NCBI GenBank assembly: GCA_900771995.1
Contig: CAAGQC010000007.1
Span: forward strand, 2,852-66,851
DNA length: 64,000 nucleotides
Source: Lachnospiraceae bacterium
GTDB taxonomy: Bacteria; Bacillota; Clostridia; Lachnospirales; Lachnospiraceae
Reading direction: 5' to 3'
Both the position numbers and the translations under genes were made by a program. The notes below the pieces were generated by a model, which was not told the DNA's origin, made no database searches, and was given only the letters and a program-made list of their open reading frames with translations. Shown here one piece after another: positions 40,101-48,868 of this stretch (the first letter of the stretch is position 1; every line of letters begins with the position of its first letter).

Positions 40101-40299
40101 GATAAGGAGTCTCCAGACCATCCCGGGAGTGAATAAAGAATCCTCCTACTCCCTGCTCATAAAGCTCTCTTACCTGCCGTCTGACTTCTTCCGGGGTCAT
40201 TTCCGCATTCCAGGACCAAAAAGGAGTTCCCCGGTATTCTCTTGCCGGATTCTGAAATTTTCTGTAGATGTCTTCCTTTGTCCTGTTGCTGTCTTTCAT
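37153..40299 (-). CDS. GH106-like glycoside hydrolase (alpha-L-rhamnosidase candidate)
   Basis: F.NP..EYR..PFWSWN, GGFFIH.R.G, WLYDD..WPSG.AGG, GIFTDEP; no signal peptide. Confidence 0.8.
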   Translation of the reverse strand: MKDSNRTKEDIYRKFQNPAREYRGTPFWSWNAEMTPEEVRRQVRELYEQGVGGFFIHSRDGLETPYLGREWMDCVEAAVDEAKQLGIAAWLYDDDRWPSGNAGGMVAAGGDAYRLKGLTLQVCDTCDPAVWQEKHLIAVFTALVQGDAIYFLKRLEAAMTEVPEPEEKKQHPGCRQVFLILRLEISAKSEWFNGETPVDNLNPDTVQRFLHLTHDKYLERFGEEFGKTIPGIFTDEPSLADTHSAFGADRSWIPWTYGFAEYFREKNGYDPVDRIPLFFFEGEGSAKIRHDYWHAIALRFSENYSGQIAAWCREHHLLMTGHFLQEDKLGLSTRVSGATMPLYEYEDIPGVDILQDKTEEFLTVKQCVSVAHQMGKKNVISETYGVTGWDFTFEGQRHIGDWQYALGVNKRCQHLSLYSLTGGRKRDCPPGFGYNIPWWSKDHVVEDYFGRLSAALEEGSPSQQYLLLHPSTTAWSMMGASPYGNPVRRKERDLQKVNEYGWEYNALLEKLCNHHLDPDLGDEILLAKYGSVEPGRLLLGEMQYRTVVLPKIRTMLGSTYRLLKEFVEQGGQLIVTDPGPILLDAMESDLPAELFTAKNSVAVHSDEELIKVLENAGVRTVSIRNGDGEETRCIALQKFLEKGQLLFVTNYHRTEDCAVEIRVPVEASVEEWDALTGNHKTVEAVTGQGQTVFQTRLEAQTSRLFFLEKMDKMEKTAGKAAGTGVVTAEADETELQVLSERTTIRLTDPNLYTLDSCRYRVQEGHWSEPMQVWEAQEQIRTGLGMRSIAALGKEQRYRWVREPHPADGTEVSLEFTFETVKKITGYTELAIEHPENFQIYLNGQPVEQRITGCLYDRGIKRIPLPGWAEGENRLRLICRYRNSMELENCYLCGEFGVNTDRKITEQPTTLMVGDWTAQGLYHYAGSVKYLYDFRWNPSCKRRPDSRIYLKLKDFKGTCATVRLGMASYEVPWRAAGMIDITEALEEGDNHLEIEIYSSLRNLFGPFHFAGGRPEVTNDSVFRTSGEKYTPEYKVEPYGILKAPVLMER

Positions 40300-40301
40300 A
40301 T

Positions 40302-41345
40302 TCAGTCCTCTAATGTAAAGCTTACGTACACGATCTTTTCCCGTTTCCAGGTATAAGTGATCATAATCTTATTGTCGTCGTTGCAGATTACGGAAGGATA
40401 GCAATAATCGCCTCTCTGATCTTCCAATGTACAGATGATCTCGAAGGTCTCTCCGTTGTCTCTGGACAGTGCAACACTAAGCGGGGTTCTCGGTCCCTTG
40501 TAATAACCGGGCAGATTCTCTCTGGGATTATAGACCAGCACCAGATCGCCGTTCTTTAATTTGACCAGATCGATACCGCTGTTATTGTTGGGAAGCCCGG
40601 TGTCATATGCCAGACACCATGTCCTTCCGCCATCCTCGGAATCGCTGCGGATGATCCGGGAGCTGCTACTGCGACAGAGCATATGTACTTTTCCATCCCG
40701 ATCCTCCCAGAGGGTGGGCTGAATAATACCTTTTCCATAGATATAATGTCTGTCATAAGGTCTGTCGATCACCTGCACGTTATGAACGCCTTTGTCCGTG
40801 ATTGCCAGTCTGTGCAGAGGTACCAGATCGCTTCTCTCCCAGGTGCGGCAGTCATCTCTGGAGATATCCACAAATCCGTCCCACAGTTCCCCTTCCAGGG
40901 ATCCGGGGGCCAGAACGGTACCGTCACTTAACCGGATAGGTTTATTCTTGACAGGGCCTCTGCCTCCGATATCTCCGGGTACCAGTTCCTGCGGCTCTGA
41001 GAAGGTGTGTCCTTCGTCTTCACTTTCCATATACCAGGTCACCCATTCCGAGATCAGCTTACCGACCTTATAGAAGAGGATAATTTTTCCATCTTCCTTG
41101 CGGAAAAGTACGGGATTCCACATGGCAACTCCTCTTACATCCGCTACCTTTACCGGTTGTCCCCAGCCATCCATATCACGTATCGCTGTCCAGATCGCTA
41201 CATCCGGGTTCTTTTCCCATGCACCGCCAAACCATGCCGCCAGAATGCCGCCGTCCTTTAATTCCAGCAGTGTTGAGGCATGGGCACTGTCAAAAGGTTT
41301 GTTATCATCTGTGATAAATTCCTGTGTATAATTTGTAATCTTCAT
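40302..41345 (-). CDS. BNR/Asp-box sialidase-like protein
   Basis: Asp boxes SEDEGHTF, SRDDCRTW, SEDGGRTW, SRDNGETF; RTPL, Y.YPS; lacks FRIP (AHAST instead); no signal peptide. Confidence 0.88.
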   Translation of the reverse strand: MKITNYTQEFITDDNKPFDSAHASTLLELKDGGILAAWFGGAWEKNPDVAIWTAIRDMDGWGQPVKVADVRGVAMWNPVLFRKEDGKIILFYKVGKLISEWVTWYMESEDEGHTFSEPQELVPGDIGGRGPVKNKPIRLSDGTVLAPGSLEGELWDGFVDISRDDCRTWERSDLVPLHRLAITDKGVHNVQVIDRPYDRHYIYGKGIIQPTLWEDRDGKVHMLCRSSSSRIIRSDSEDGGRTWCLAYDTGLPNNNSGIDLVKLKNGDLVLVYNPRENLPGYYKGPRTPLSVALSRDNGETFEIICTLEDQRGDYCYPSVICNDDNKIMITYTWKREKIVYVSFTLED

Positions 41346-41453
41346 ACTGTCAGTCACACCTTCCATTGCCTGATTCTGTCTTTTTAGCAGAATGAACGGG
41401 TAACATGCCCGTTCACTCTGTGTTATGTTCTGTTACTTTTCTTGTCCGATGAC

Positions 41454-43136
41454 TTATTTGGTCTCTGCTACAGCACGGGCTTCTGCGTCATTCCACAGCT
41501 GCTCCAGTTCTCTTACGCCCATGTCCTCAGCCTTCTTGATCAATGCATCCCAGTTATCGATGGATTCCTTGCCGGTAATGTACTTATCGTATTCCTGCGT
41601 GAAGAAGGTATCCAGATCGGTGGTCAGTTCCTTCACACGGTCTGCTTCTTCGGTAGTGAAGGAGGGTGCAATGTGGGGCTGTACATAAGCGTCATCATCA
41701 TTGATGATCTTCCAGTAATCTTCTGTCAGATCGGACCAGCTTCCGGTGATCATCTGGATCTCACGCTGGGTCTTGATGTTACATGCATACATGGAGAAGT
41801 CCAGTTTACCTGCTCCGATATCTGTCCAGCATGCATAGTAGTCAGAAGGAGAGGCATCCTTGAACTGCATTACATAATCGGAAATATATTCTGCCTCACC
41901 GTCTGCATTGTACTGGAAGGTCTCACCCTCGATACCGTAGTTGGTAATGTCGGAAGCCTCCATGGAGTACATCCAGTCGATGAATTTAATGATCTGATCT
42001 TTGTTCTTGGCATTTGCATTGATTGCATACAGCTTACCGAATCTTGTATCGTAGGATACGGCACGTCTCTCACCCAGACTGTTCTCGGGAATCGGCAGTA
42101 CCTGGAAAGTAGCATTCTCATTACCGTCGATCTTGCGCAGTTCGTTGGTGTAGTTCTGACCGAATCCACTATTATCCACGAAGAAGAAGGACTGACCGCT
42201 ACTGCACTTAGTCGTCATGGAATCAGAGTCGGTCGTTGCATATTCCTGATCCAGAACGCCGGTGGTATATGCCTTGTTCAGAAACTTCAGTACTTCTTTG
42301 AAATTGGTATCTGCGGGACCGTATACATACTTGCCCAGATCCTCATCCCAGTACATACCGGAACTTGCGGATACGGAGCCGAAGCCGGAGCCTAACATAT
42401 AGGAAGTGGTCTTTAACAGGTTAGCGGTTCCCTTTCTGATTGCCCAGGGAGTGCTGTCAGGATAGATCTCCTTTAACTGTGCCAGTGCATCCAGTACTTC
42501 ATCCCATGTGGTAGGAGTTGCGATGCCGTTCTCTTCCAGAAGGTCGGTACGGATTACGGGGCCGAAGCCGTTTGCCCACTCATCACGAAGTACTACGGGG
42601 AATACATACATTTCACCGTCTACCATGTATCTCTGCATTTCAGGATACTGCTCCCAGAACTTGTAGAAGTTCGGCATGGTCTCTTCGTTGATATACTGGC
42701 TCAGAGGCTCGAAGATACCCTCGGATGCGAAATCGGAAATATCACTTGCGCTTCTCAGATAAATAATGTCCGGGAAGTTCTGTGTGGACAGTGCAATATT
42801 TTTCTTCTCATCATAGCTGCTGGAAGGAACGATCTGGAAATCCAGCTTTACATTGGTTGCTTCAAAAATTGCCTCATGGGACTTGCTGTCCTGTGCCATG
42901 GGCTGCTGGCTGGAATCCATGACCATAATACTGATCTCCAGCGGCTCGTCGCTGATCCAGGAAGGATGCTCGCTGTTTGCTTCCTGTGTGCCTGCACTTG
43001 CAGTGCTCTCCTGCGCATTATTTGTTGCGGCATCATTACTGCCGGAAGCATCGGAACCACATCCTGTCAACAGAGATGCGCTCATTGCTGTTACCGCCAA
43101 TAAGGCTGTCAGTTTTTGAAATGCTTTCTTTTTCAT
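41454..43136 (-). CDS. ABC solute-binding lipoprotein (LplA-like, uronate oligosaccharide type)
   Basis: LTGC lipobox, IRTDLLE..G...PTTWDE, YGIEGE.F. Confidence 0.92.
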   Translation of the reverse strand: MKKKAFQKLTALLAVTAMSASLLTGCGSDASGSNDAATNNAQESTASAGTQEANSEHPSWISDEPLEISIMVMDSSQQPMAQDSKSHEAIFEATNVKLDFQIVPSSSYDEKKNIALSTQNFPDIIYLRSASDISDFASEGIFEPLSQYINEETMPNFYKFWEQYPEMQRYMVDGEMYVFPVVLRDEWANGFGPVIRTDLLEENGIATPTTWDEVLDALAQLKEIYPDSTPWAIRKGTANLLKTTSYMLGSGFGSVSASSGMYWDEDLGKYVYGPADTNFKEVLKFLNKAYTTGVLDQEYATTDSDSMTTKCSSGQSFFFVDNSGFGQNYTNELRKIDGNENATFQVLPIPENSLGERRAVSYDTRFGKLYAINANAKNKDQIIKFIDWMYSMEASDITNYGIEGETFQYNADGEAEYISDYVMQFKDASPSDYYACWTDIGAGKLDFSMYACNIKTQREIQMITGSWSDLTEDYWKIINDDDAYVQPHIAPSFTTEEADRVKELTTDLDTFFTQEYDKYITGKESIDNWDALIKKAEDMGVRELEQLWNDAEARAVAETK

Positions 43137-43184
43137 TTAACCTCTCCTTTTCTTAAATACGTTCTTCCTTTATAATTTGTTTCT

Positions 43185-44072
43185 TTATCCCTTAACTGCT
43201 CCGACCATAACACCCTTTGTGAAGTACTTCTGTAACAGAGGGTATACAAGCAGAATAGGTACGATGGAAATAATGATCACCGCATATTTATAGTTGGTTG
43301 CGATGATGTTGACACTTCCTGTGATCTCGGAGGTGTCACCCTGTATTACGATGTCACGCATGACAACCTGTACAGGATATTTTTTCTGATCATTCAGGTA
43401 CAACATGGAAGGGAAGTAGCTGTTCCAGTGGTACACGGCATAATATAATGTCATGGTTGCGATGATCGGTTTGGACAGCGGCAGGACGATCTTGCTGAAG
43501 ATCGTAATGTCGTTTGCACCGTCCAGATATGCGGATTCTACCAGGGAATCCGGGATCGCCTGGAAGGAAGTTCTCATGACAATCATATTGTAGGTACTGA
43601 TGGCGGGCGGCAGAACGATGGCCCACATGGTGTTGATCATATGAAGCTTATTGATTACCAGATAGGTAGGGATCATACCACCGTTTACGAACATTGTGAT
43701 CATGATCAGCACGGTAAATATCTTACGTCCGTAAAAATCCTTTCTGGAAAGAGGATAGGCACACATTGCGGTAAGCACCAGACAGATCAGTGTTCCCAGA
43801 CCTGTGTATAAAAAGGTGTTCTTATATCCGCTCCAGATTCTCTGGTTCTCAAATACTGCCTTATAGGCATCGAAATTGATTCCTCTGGGGAACAGTGTTA
43901 CCAGTCCCTGATTGATATACTGCGAAGAACTGATAGACACAATAAATACATAAAACATCGGGTAGAACATAATGAATCCGAGGATTGCCAGCAGAAGGTA
44001 GTTCACAACATCAAATATTTTGCTGCCGATTCCCTGCGGTTTTTTGCTTTTTATTTTTACTTTCTTAGTCAT
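43185..44072 (-). CDS. ABC permease (LplC-like)
   Basis: GGMIP.YL, ESAYLDGA, WNSYF, YP.LQKYF.KGVMVGAVKG. Confidence 0.95.
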   Translation of the reverse strand: MTKKVKIKSKKPQGIGSKIFDVVNYLLLAILGFIMFYPMFYVFIVSISSSQYINQGLVTLFPRGINFDAYKAVFENQRIWSGYKNTFLYTGLGTLICLVLTAMCAYPLSRKDFYGRKIFTVLIMITMFVNGGMIPTYLVINKLHMINTMWAIVLPPAISTYNMIVMRTSFQAIPDSLVESAYLDGANDITIFSKIVLPLSKPIIATMTLYYAVYHWNSYFPSMLYLNDQKKYPVQVVMRDIVIQGDTSEITGSVNIIATNYKYAVIIISIVPILLVYPLLQKYFTKGVMVGAVKG

Positions 44073-44082
44073 TTCTGTCCTC

Positions 44083-44988
44083 CTACCACAAGCTGCTGTC
44101 ACTGAGTTTTTTCGATATCTGATTGGATGTTACCAGCAGGATCACACCAATGACGGACTGGAACAGACCCACCGCTGTGGAATAACTGAAGTCCGCACTC
44201 AGAATACCTCGTCTGTATACATAAGTGGAAATTACATCCGCAGTCTCATAAGTAGATCCGTTATACAGCAGGATGATCTTCTCATATCCCAGGGACATCA
44301 GTCGTCCGATCTGCATGATCAGCATAATGGAGATGGTCGGTGCAATAGAGGGAAGCGTTACCGATTTAATTCTCTGGAAACGGTTCGCTCCGTCGATCAT
44401 TGCGGCCTCCAGGATCTCCTGGTCCACAGAGGTCAACGCGGACAAATAAATAATGGAAGTCCATCCACAGGTCTGCCAGATACCGGATGCGGTAAATATG
44501 GTACGGAACCATTCGGGCAATACCATGAACTGGATCTTGTCAAAACCGAATGCGGCGATAAGCTGATTAATGATTCCGTCCAGGGACAGGAAGTTCATTA
44601 CCATACCACAGACAACCACGGTGGAAATGAAGTGAGGCAGGTAGCTGACAGTCTGGATCACTCTCTTGAACTTGGCATTTGTTACCTCGTTCAACATCAG
44701 TGCCAGGAGGATCGGTACCGGGAAGCCCCACAACAGTCCGTAGATATTTAACAGTAATGTATTTTTCACCAGTTTCCAGAAATAAGGATCCGTCAGGAAC
44801 TTCTGGAACCATTTGAAGCCCACCCAGGGGCTTCCCCATACACCCTTTGCGATCTTGTAATCCTTAAATGCGATCAATACCCCGTACAAAGGCAGGTAAT
44901 GGAACAGGATGTAATAGATGATCGGAAGTAACATCATAATATACAGATATTTGCATTTCTTGATCTTCTTCCACGGCGATGTTTTCAT
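44083..44988 (-). CDS. ABC permease (LplB-like)
   Basis: SPWVG.KWF, SYLPHFIS.VV, EAAMIDGA, DVISTYVY. Confidence 0.95.
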   Translation of the reverse strand: MKTSPWKKIKKCKYLYIMMLLPIIYYILFHYLPLYGVLIAFKDYKIAKGVWGSPWVGFKWFQKFLTDPYFWKLVKNTLLLNIYGLLWGFPVPILLALMLNEVTNAKFKRVIQTVSYLPHFISTVVVCGMVMNFLSLDGIINQLIAAFGFDKIQFMVLPEWFRTIFTASGIWQTCGWTSIIYLSALTSVDQEILEAAMIDGANRFQRIKSVTLPSIAPTISIMLIMQIGRLMSLGYEKIILLYNGSTYETADVISTYVYRRGILSADFSYSTAVGLFQSVIGVILLVTSNQISKKLSDSSLW

Positions 44989-45024
44989 GTTGTCTCTCCT
45001 TCTGTGCAATCATTGTTTCTTGTT

Positions 45025-45041
45025 GTTCTGTATTGGAGAAC
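45025..45041. promoter_or_regulatory. Putative IclR operator upstream of catabolic operon
   Basis: GTTCT-GTATTGG-AGAAC inverted repeat; 16/17 identical to 45997-46013. Confidence 0.7.
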
Positions 45042-45065
45042 TCCGTTCTCTAAAATATCTTTTTG

Positions 45066-45095
45066 AAAAGGATTGATTTCTCAATCCCCTTTTTC
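45066..45095 (-). terminator. Hairpin after iclR
   Basis: GGATTGA-tttc-TCAATCC flanked by A and T runs. Confidence 0.6.
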
Positions 45096-45107
45096 ACATT
45101 TTTTAAC

Positions 45108-45869
45108 TTAATAAAGAATGTTTTGTAATTCCCGTATTTTGTTTTGTAATTCCTTTGCCAGTGACTGGATCCGTTCATCATAGAATCTCAGGGAAGGTCC
45201 TGTGATACTCACTCCCGCCACCACCTGGCCGTTTCTGCCAAGTACCGGAACCGCTACACATTTTACGCCAAATTCATGTTCCATATTATCTATTGCGTAA
45301 CCGCGCTGCCGGATCTCTCTAAGTTCCTTCAACAGTGCATCCCCGTCCGTGATCGTATAATCGGTATAGGCTTCCAGCTTTCTGGCTGCGTAAGCCCGTT
45401 GTTTCTCCTCCGGAAGATATGCCAGCATTGCCTTGCCCAGTCCGGTACAATGCATCTGTGCATGCTCACCCATGATCGGCCGCATAAGGTCAATGGAGGT
45501 CTTCGGATAAGCAGAGGTCACGTAGATGATCTCCTGTTCATGCGGGATTGCAAGATAGACTCTCTCGCCAGCCATATCTGCAAGTTCCTGTAAATACGGA
45601 GCTGCTACACTACCAATGCTTAAGTTCTGTCCCAGAGAATAACACAGGGAGTACACGCTGAGTCCCAGCTTGTATCTGCCACTCTCATCATCCTGATCCA
45701 GATACCCCATTGCTTTGAATGTAGACAAAATATTATGTACGTTACTTTTATTCAGATCCAGCTGTTCGCTGATCTCTGTCACACCCCAACTGCTTTTCTT
45801 CGTAAAGCAGTTCAAAATTTCAAGAGCTTTCTGCAGGCTCTTTACTTTTACTTCTGCCTCATTTACCAT
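45108..45869 (-). CDS. IclR-family transcriptional regulator
   Basis: SL.KALEIL, HTH, HCTGLGKAMLA, IR.RGYA.D..E...GV.CVAVP. Confidence 0.95.
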   Translation of the reverse strand: MVNEAEVKVKSLQKALEILNCFTKKSSWGVTEISEQLDLNKSNVHNILSTFKAMGYLDQDDESGRYKLGLSVYSLCYSLGQNLSIGSVAAPYLQELADMAGERVYLAIPHEQEIIYVTSAYPKTSIDLMRPIMGEHAQMHCTGLGKAMLAYLPEEKQRAYAARKLEAYTDYTITDGDALLKELREIRQRGYAIDNMEHEFGVKCVAVPVLGRNGQVVAGVSITGPSLRFYDERIQSLAKELQNKIRELQNILY

Positions 45870-45874
45870 CTTGT

Positions 45875-46013
45875 GTTCTCCATTTGGTAATCGCGTTCTT
45901 TATTTCGTAACATCATTATATATTTTTTGCAGGCTAAAAATCAATAGCACATTTTGATAAATTAGCCTCGTAACTTTTGTCTATAATTAACTTCTCGTTC
46001 TGTATGGGAGAAC
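45875..46013. promoter_or_regulatory. iclR promoter with putative operators
   Basis: Minus-strand TTGATT-N18-TATAAT (-10 at 45915-45920); GTTCTnnATnnnGwAAy boxes at 45875, 45895 and 45997. Confidence 0.6.
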
Positions 46014-46128
46014 TATTCACATCAAAGAATCCATTCTGTGTAATGATATAATGATGGTGTATTTTCTTTCATTGTGATATGATGGAACAAGACAGTGTTC
46101 GACATTTTTCCACGAAAGAGGTGCCCTT

Positions 46129-47496
46129 ATGACAATATCCTGGTTATCCCTGTTCTGGCTGTTTTTCTTCTATTCCTTTATCGGATGGTGTATCGAAGTC
46201 TGTGCTGCGGCGGTGCAGCACCGGAAGTTCGTCAACCGCGGTTTCGTGGCCGGACCTTTGTGTCCGATCTACGGTTTCGGCGCCGTGTTGTTCGAGATCT
46301 TCCTGCCGGAGTTGACAGAAGATCCCTTCTTCCTGTTCCTGGGTGGCTTTGTGCTGGCTTCCCTGCTGGAATATTTCACGGGAATGTTCTTCGAGAAAGT
46401 CTATAAGAAAAAGCTGTGGGATTATTCCCGATTCCGTTATAATGTGGGTGGCTATATCTGCCTGCCTTTTTCCCTGCTGTGGGGTCTGCTCAGCGTTGCG
46501 ACCGTAATGTTCGCGGATCCGCTGTTATGCAAGCTGTCCAACCGCATTCCCCACCTGCTTTCCGTAGTACTTCTGCTGGTGCTGGGCGGGCTGCTCCTGT
46601 TAGATGCCATCGGTTCCACGCTGTCCACGGTAAGTTTGCAGGTACAGGCAAAGCATCAGGCCGAATCCGCACTGGAGAAACAGACCGCCCGTCTGGATCA
46701 GATCACAGAAGGACTGGGACAGACCTCCCGTTTCCTGGAAAATGCCATGACCCGGCACATCCAGAAACGTCTGCAGAAATCCTATCCTGCCATCAATCTG
46801 GAGACACTGATCAAAGAACGGACAGAGCGCAAAAAATCCACTGTTTTTGCCGAGGGCTGCTGCTTTTACAAGCTGTTTTCCCTCTTTTTCATCGGTGCTT
46901 TTTTAGGGGATATTACAGAAACGATCTTCTGCCGCATCACTGCCGGTGTCTGGATGAGCCGCAGCAGCGTGATCTACGGGCCGTTCAGCGTTGTCTGGGG
47001 GCTGGGCTGTGCCTTTCTTACCCTGCTGCTCTACCGCTACCGCAATAAGAGTGACAGTACCATCTTTCTCGCCGGTACTCTGTTGGGCGGTGCCTACGAA
47101 TATATCTGCAGTGTCTTCACGGAAATGGTCTTCGGTACGATCTTCTGGGACTACAGCGGGTTTGCCTTTAATCTGGGCGGACGTATCAACCTGCTGTACT
47201 GCTTCTTCTGGGGCATTGCCGCCGTGGTATGGATGCGGCTGATCTATCCGAAGCTGTCTGACTGGATCGAAAGGATCCCAAAGAAGCCCGGCACGATCCT
47301 GTGCAATCTTCTGGTCGTATTTATGATCCTCAATATGCTGATCTCCGCCCTGGCTCTGGCCAGATACACAGAACGTAACGACGCTTCCTATTCCGCAGAG
47401 ACCACAGAGATGAACGGCTTAGAACAATTTCTGGATGAACATTATCCGGATGCCCGGATGGAGCGCACCTATCCGAATGCCAAAATGGTGAACTAA
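46129..47496 (+). CDS. Membrane protein with duplicated DUF1113/CmpB-like domain
   Basis: Two copies of F..Y(S/G)..GW..E / GP....YG.G / LEY / WDYS / N.GG.I.L. Confidence 0.85.
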   Translation: MTISWLSLFWLFFFYSFIGWCIEVCAAAVQHRKFVNRGFVAGPLCPIYGFGAVLFEIFLPELTEDPFFLFLGGFVLASLLEYFTGMFFEKVYKKKLWDYSRFRYNVGGYICLPFSLLWGLLSVATVMFADPLLCKLSNRIPHLLSVVLLLVLGGLLLLDAIGSTLSTVSLQVQAKHQAESALEKQTARLDQITEGLGQTSRFLENAMTRHIQKRLQKSYPAINLETLIKERTERKKSTVFAEGCCFYKLFSLFFIGAFLGDITETIFCRITAGVWMSRSSVIYGPFSVVWGLGCAFLTLLLYRYRNKSDSTIFLAGTLLGGAYEYICSVFTEMVFGTIFWDYSGFAFNLGGRINLLYCFFWGIAAVVWMRLIYPKLSDWIERIPKKPGTILCNLLVVFMILNMLISALALARYTERNDASYSAETTEMNGLEQFLDEHYPDARMERTYPNAKMVN

Positions 47497-47541
47497 CTGC
47501 TTTTAAAAATGTCTGAATGAACAACGGGAGACCAACGGACT

Positions 47542-48201
47542 ATGCAGATCGATGACTTGACAGCAGGGTTATCCCTTAGCTTTCTGATCCACTTAAATAC
47601 CGAACAGCTTCAATTCGAATCCCGGATCCTCGAAGTATACTCCCGCAGACACACACTGCTGGCTGAGGGAGTATTTGCCGATGGCAAAATCATCTCTTTC
47701 CGTGGAAAAGGACTCGTGGCCGACCTTATCGTCACCCTCCCGGATGAGAAACCACAGCTGTTTAAAAATGTCACCACTAATGTGGTAAAACGCTCCGATG
47801 GAACCCTCTGTTATACGGTTTACAGCATTGCCGGAAGCAAGACCTATAACCGCCGCCAAAGCTATCGCTGCTATGTCGGCATTGAGACCGCCATACAATG
47901 CGGTTTGAACCGTGCAGCGCACGATGCCATTATCAAGGACATCAGTTACAACGGATTTTCCGTGGTCAGTAAGGAAGATTTGCAGCTTGAAATCAATCAG
48001 ACCGTCCACGCTGTTCTGAACGACCATATGGATGAAACTGCGGAGAACTTTAACTTTCATCTCTATGGCCTCGTGGCCCGGATACAGGAACTGGAAAACG
48101 GACTGTTCCTCTACGGCTGCCGCCTGAACAATCCGGTGCCGGGTCTGGAACAGTATATCGTGAAAAAAGAACGGGCTGTCCTGCGAAAAAGACAGATATA
48201 A
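47542..48201 (+). CDS. PilZ-domain (c-di-GMP effector, flagellar brake-like) protein
   Basis: NRRQSYR (RxxxR) and KDISYNG (DxSxxG). Confidence 0.85.
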   Translation: MQIDDLTAGLSLSFLIHLNTEQLQFESRILEVYSRRHTLLAEGVFADGKIISFRGKGLVADLIVTLPDEKPQLFKNVTTNVVKRSDGTLCYTVYSIAGSKTYNRRQSYRCYVGIETAIQCGLNRAAHDAIIKDISYNGFSVVSKEDLQLEINQTVHAVLNDHMDETAENFNFHLYGLVARIQELENGLFLYGCRLNNPVPGLEQYIVKKERAVLRKRQI

Positions 48202-48204
48202 CGC

Positions 48205-48238
48205 AAAAGACCGCTGCCCTCACGGGCAACGGTCTTTG
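48205..48238. terminator. Bidirectional terminator
   Basis: AAAGACCGCTGCCC-tcac-GGGCAACGGTCTTT. Confidence 0.75.
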
Positions 48239-48251
48239 TCTGTTTCAGGGA

Positions 48252-48716
48252 TTATCCCTCGATAGCGATGTATTTGTTGGTCTCAACCGCAGGCTTTGCT
48301 TCCTTCTTAGGAACGGTCAGGGTCAGGATACCATGTTTGAACTCGCCCTTGATATCCTCCTGGGTCAGATTGTCGCCTACATAGAAGCTACGCTGGCAGG
48401 CACCGGCATAACGCTCCTTACGGATGTATTTACCGGATTTCTTCTCCTGCTCATCCTCATCCAGACCCTTGGCAGCCTCAATGGTCAGATAGCCATCCTC
48501 CAGAGATACTTTGATCTCATCTTTCTTGAAGCCGGGCAGATCAACGATCAGCTCATAGCTGTCATCGGTCTCCTTGATATCGGTCTTCATTACGTTGTGT
48601 GCATGTCTGCCATACAGTTTCTTCTCTATCTGATTCTCTGCTCTGTTGTCAAAGAAAGGTACATCATCGAAAAAGTCATCAAATAAGTTCTCTCCAAAAA
48701 TGCTAGGTAATAACAT
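48252..48716 (-). CDS. Hsp20/alpha-crystallin small heat shock protein
   Basis: MKTDIKE, DLPGFKK, ERY.G...RSF, GILTLTVPK. Confidence 0.95.
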   Translation of the reverse strand: MLLPSIFGENLFDDFFDDVPFFDNRAENQIEKKLYGRHAHNVMKTDIKETDDSYELIVDLPGFKKDEIKVSLEDGYLTIEAAKGLDEDEQEKKSGKYIRKERYAGACQRSFYVGDNLTQEDIKGEFKHGILTLTVPKKEAKPAVETNKYIAIEG

Positions 48717-48868
48717 AAGTCATCTCTCCTTTTCTATTAAACATATGTCTGTATCCTGCGATACATCTTACCTTTTCCATCCTCCGGCAACTACCGGAGA
48801 ACTTCGGAACCTGTCAGAGATTCTCGATCAATCTCTTGATCTTTCTTCCTCTCCCTTGTTCTAGTTGT

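Noticed and set aside
39058..40356. Long antisense ORFs (this one, 41442-42395, 5248-6231, 21283-22149, 1078-1833 and similar)
   Set aside because: Shadow frames opposite well-supported genes, with no recognisable motifs or RBS
33803..41345. Classical sialic acid (nan) operon
   Set aside because: No nanK/nanE, the aldolase lacks GSTGE, the sialidase-like protein lacks FRIP, and fucI would be unexplained
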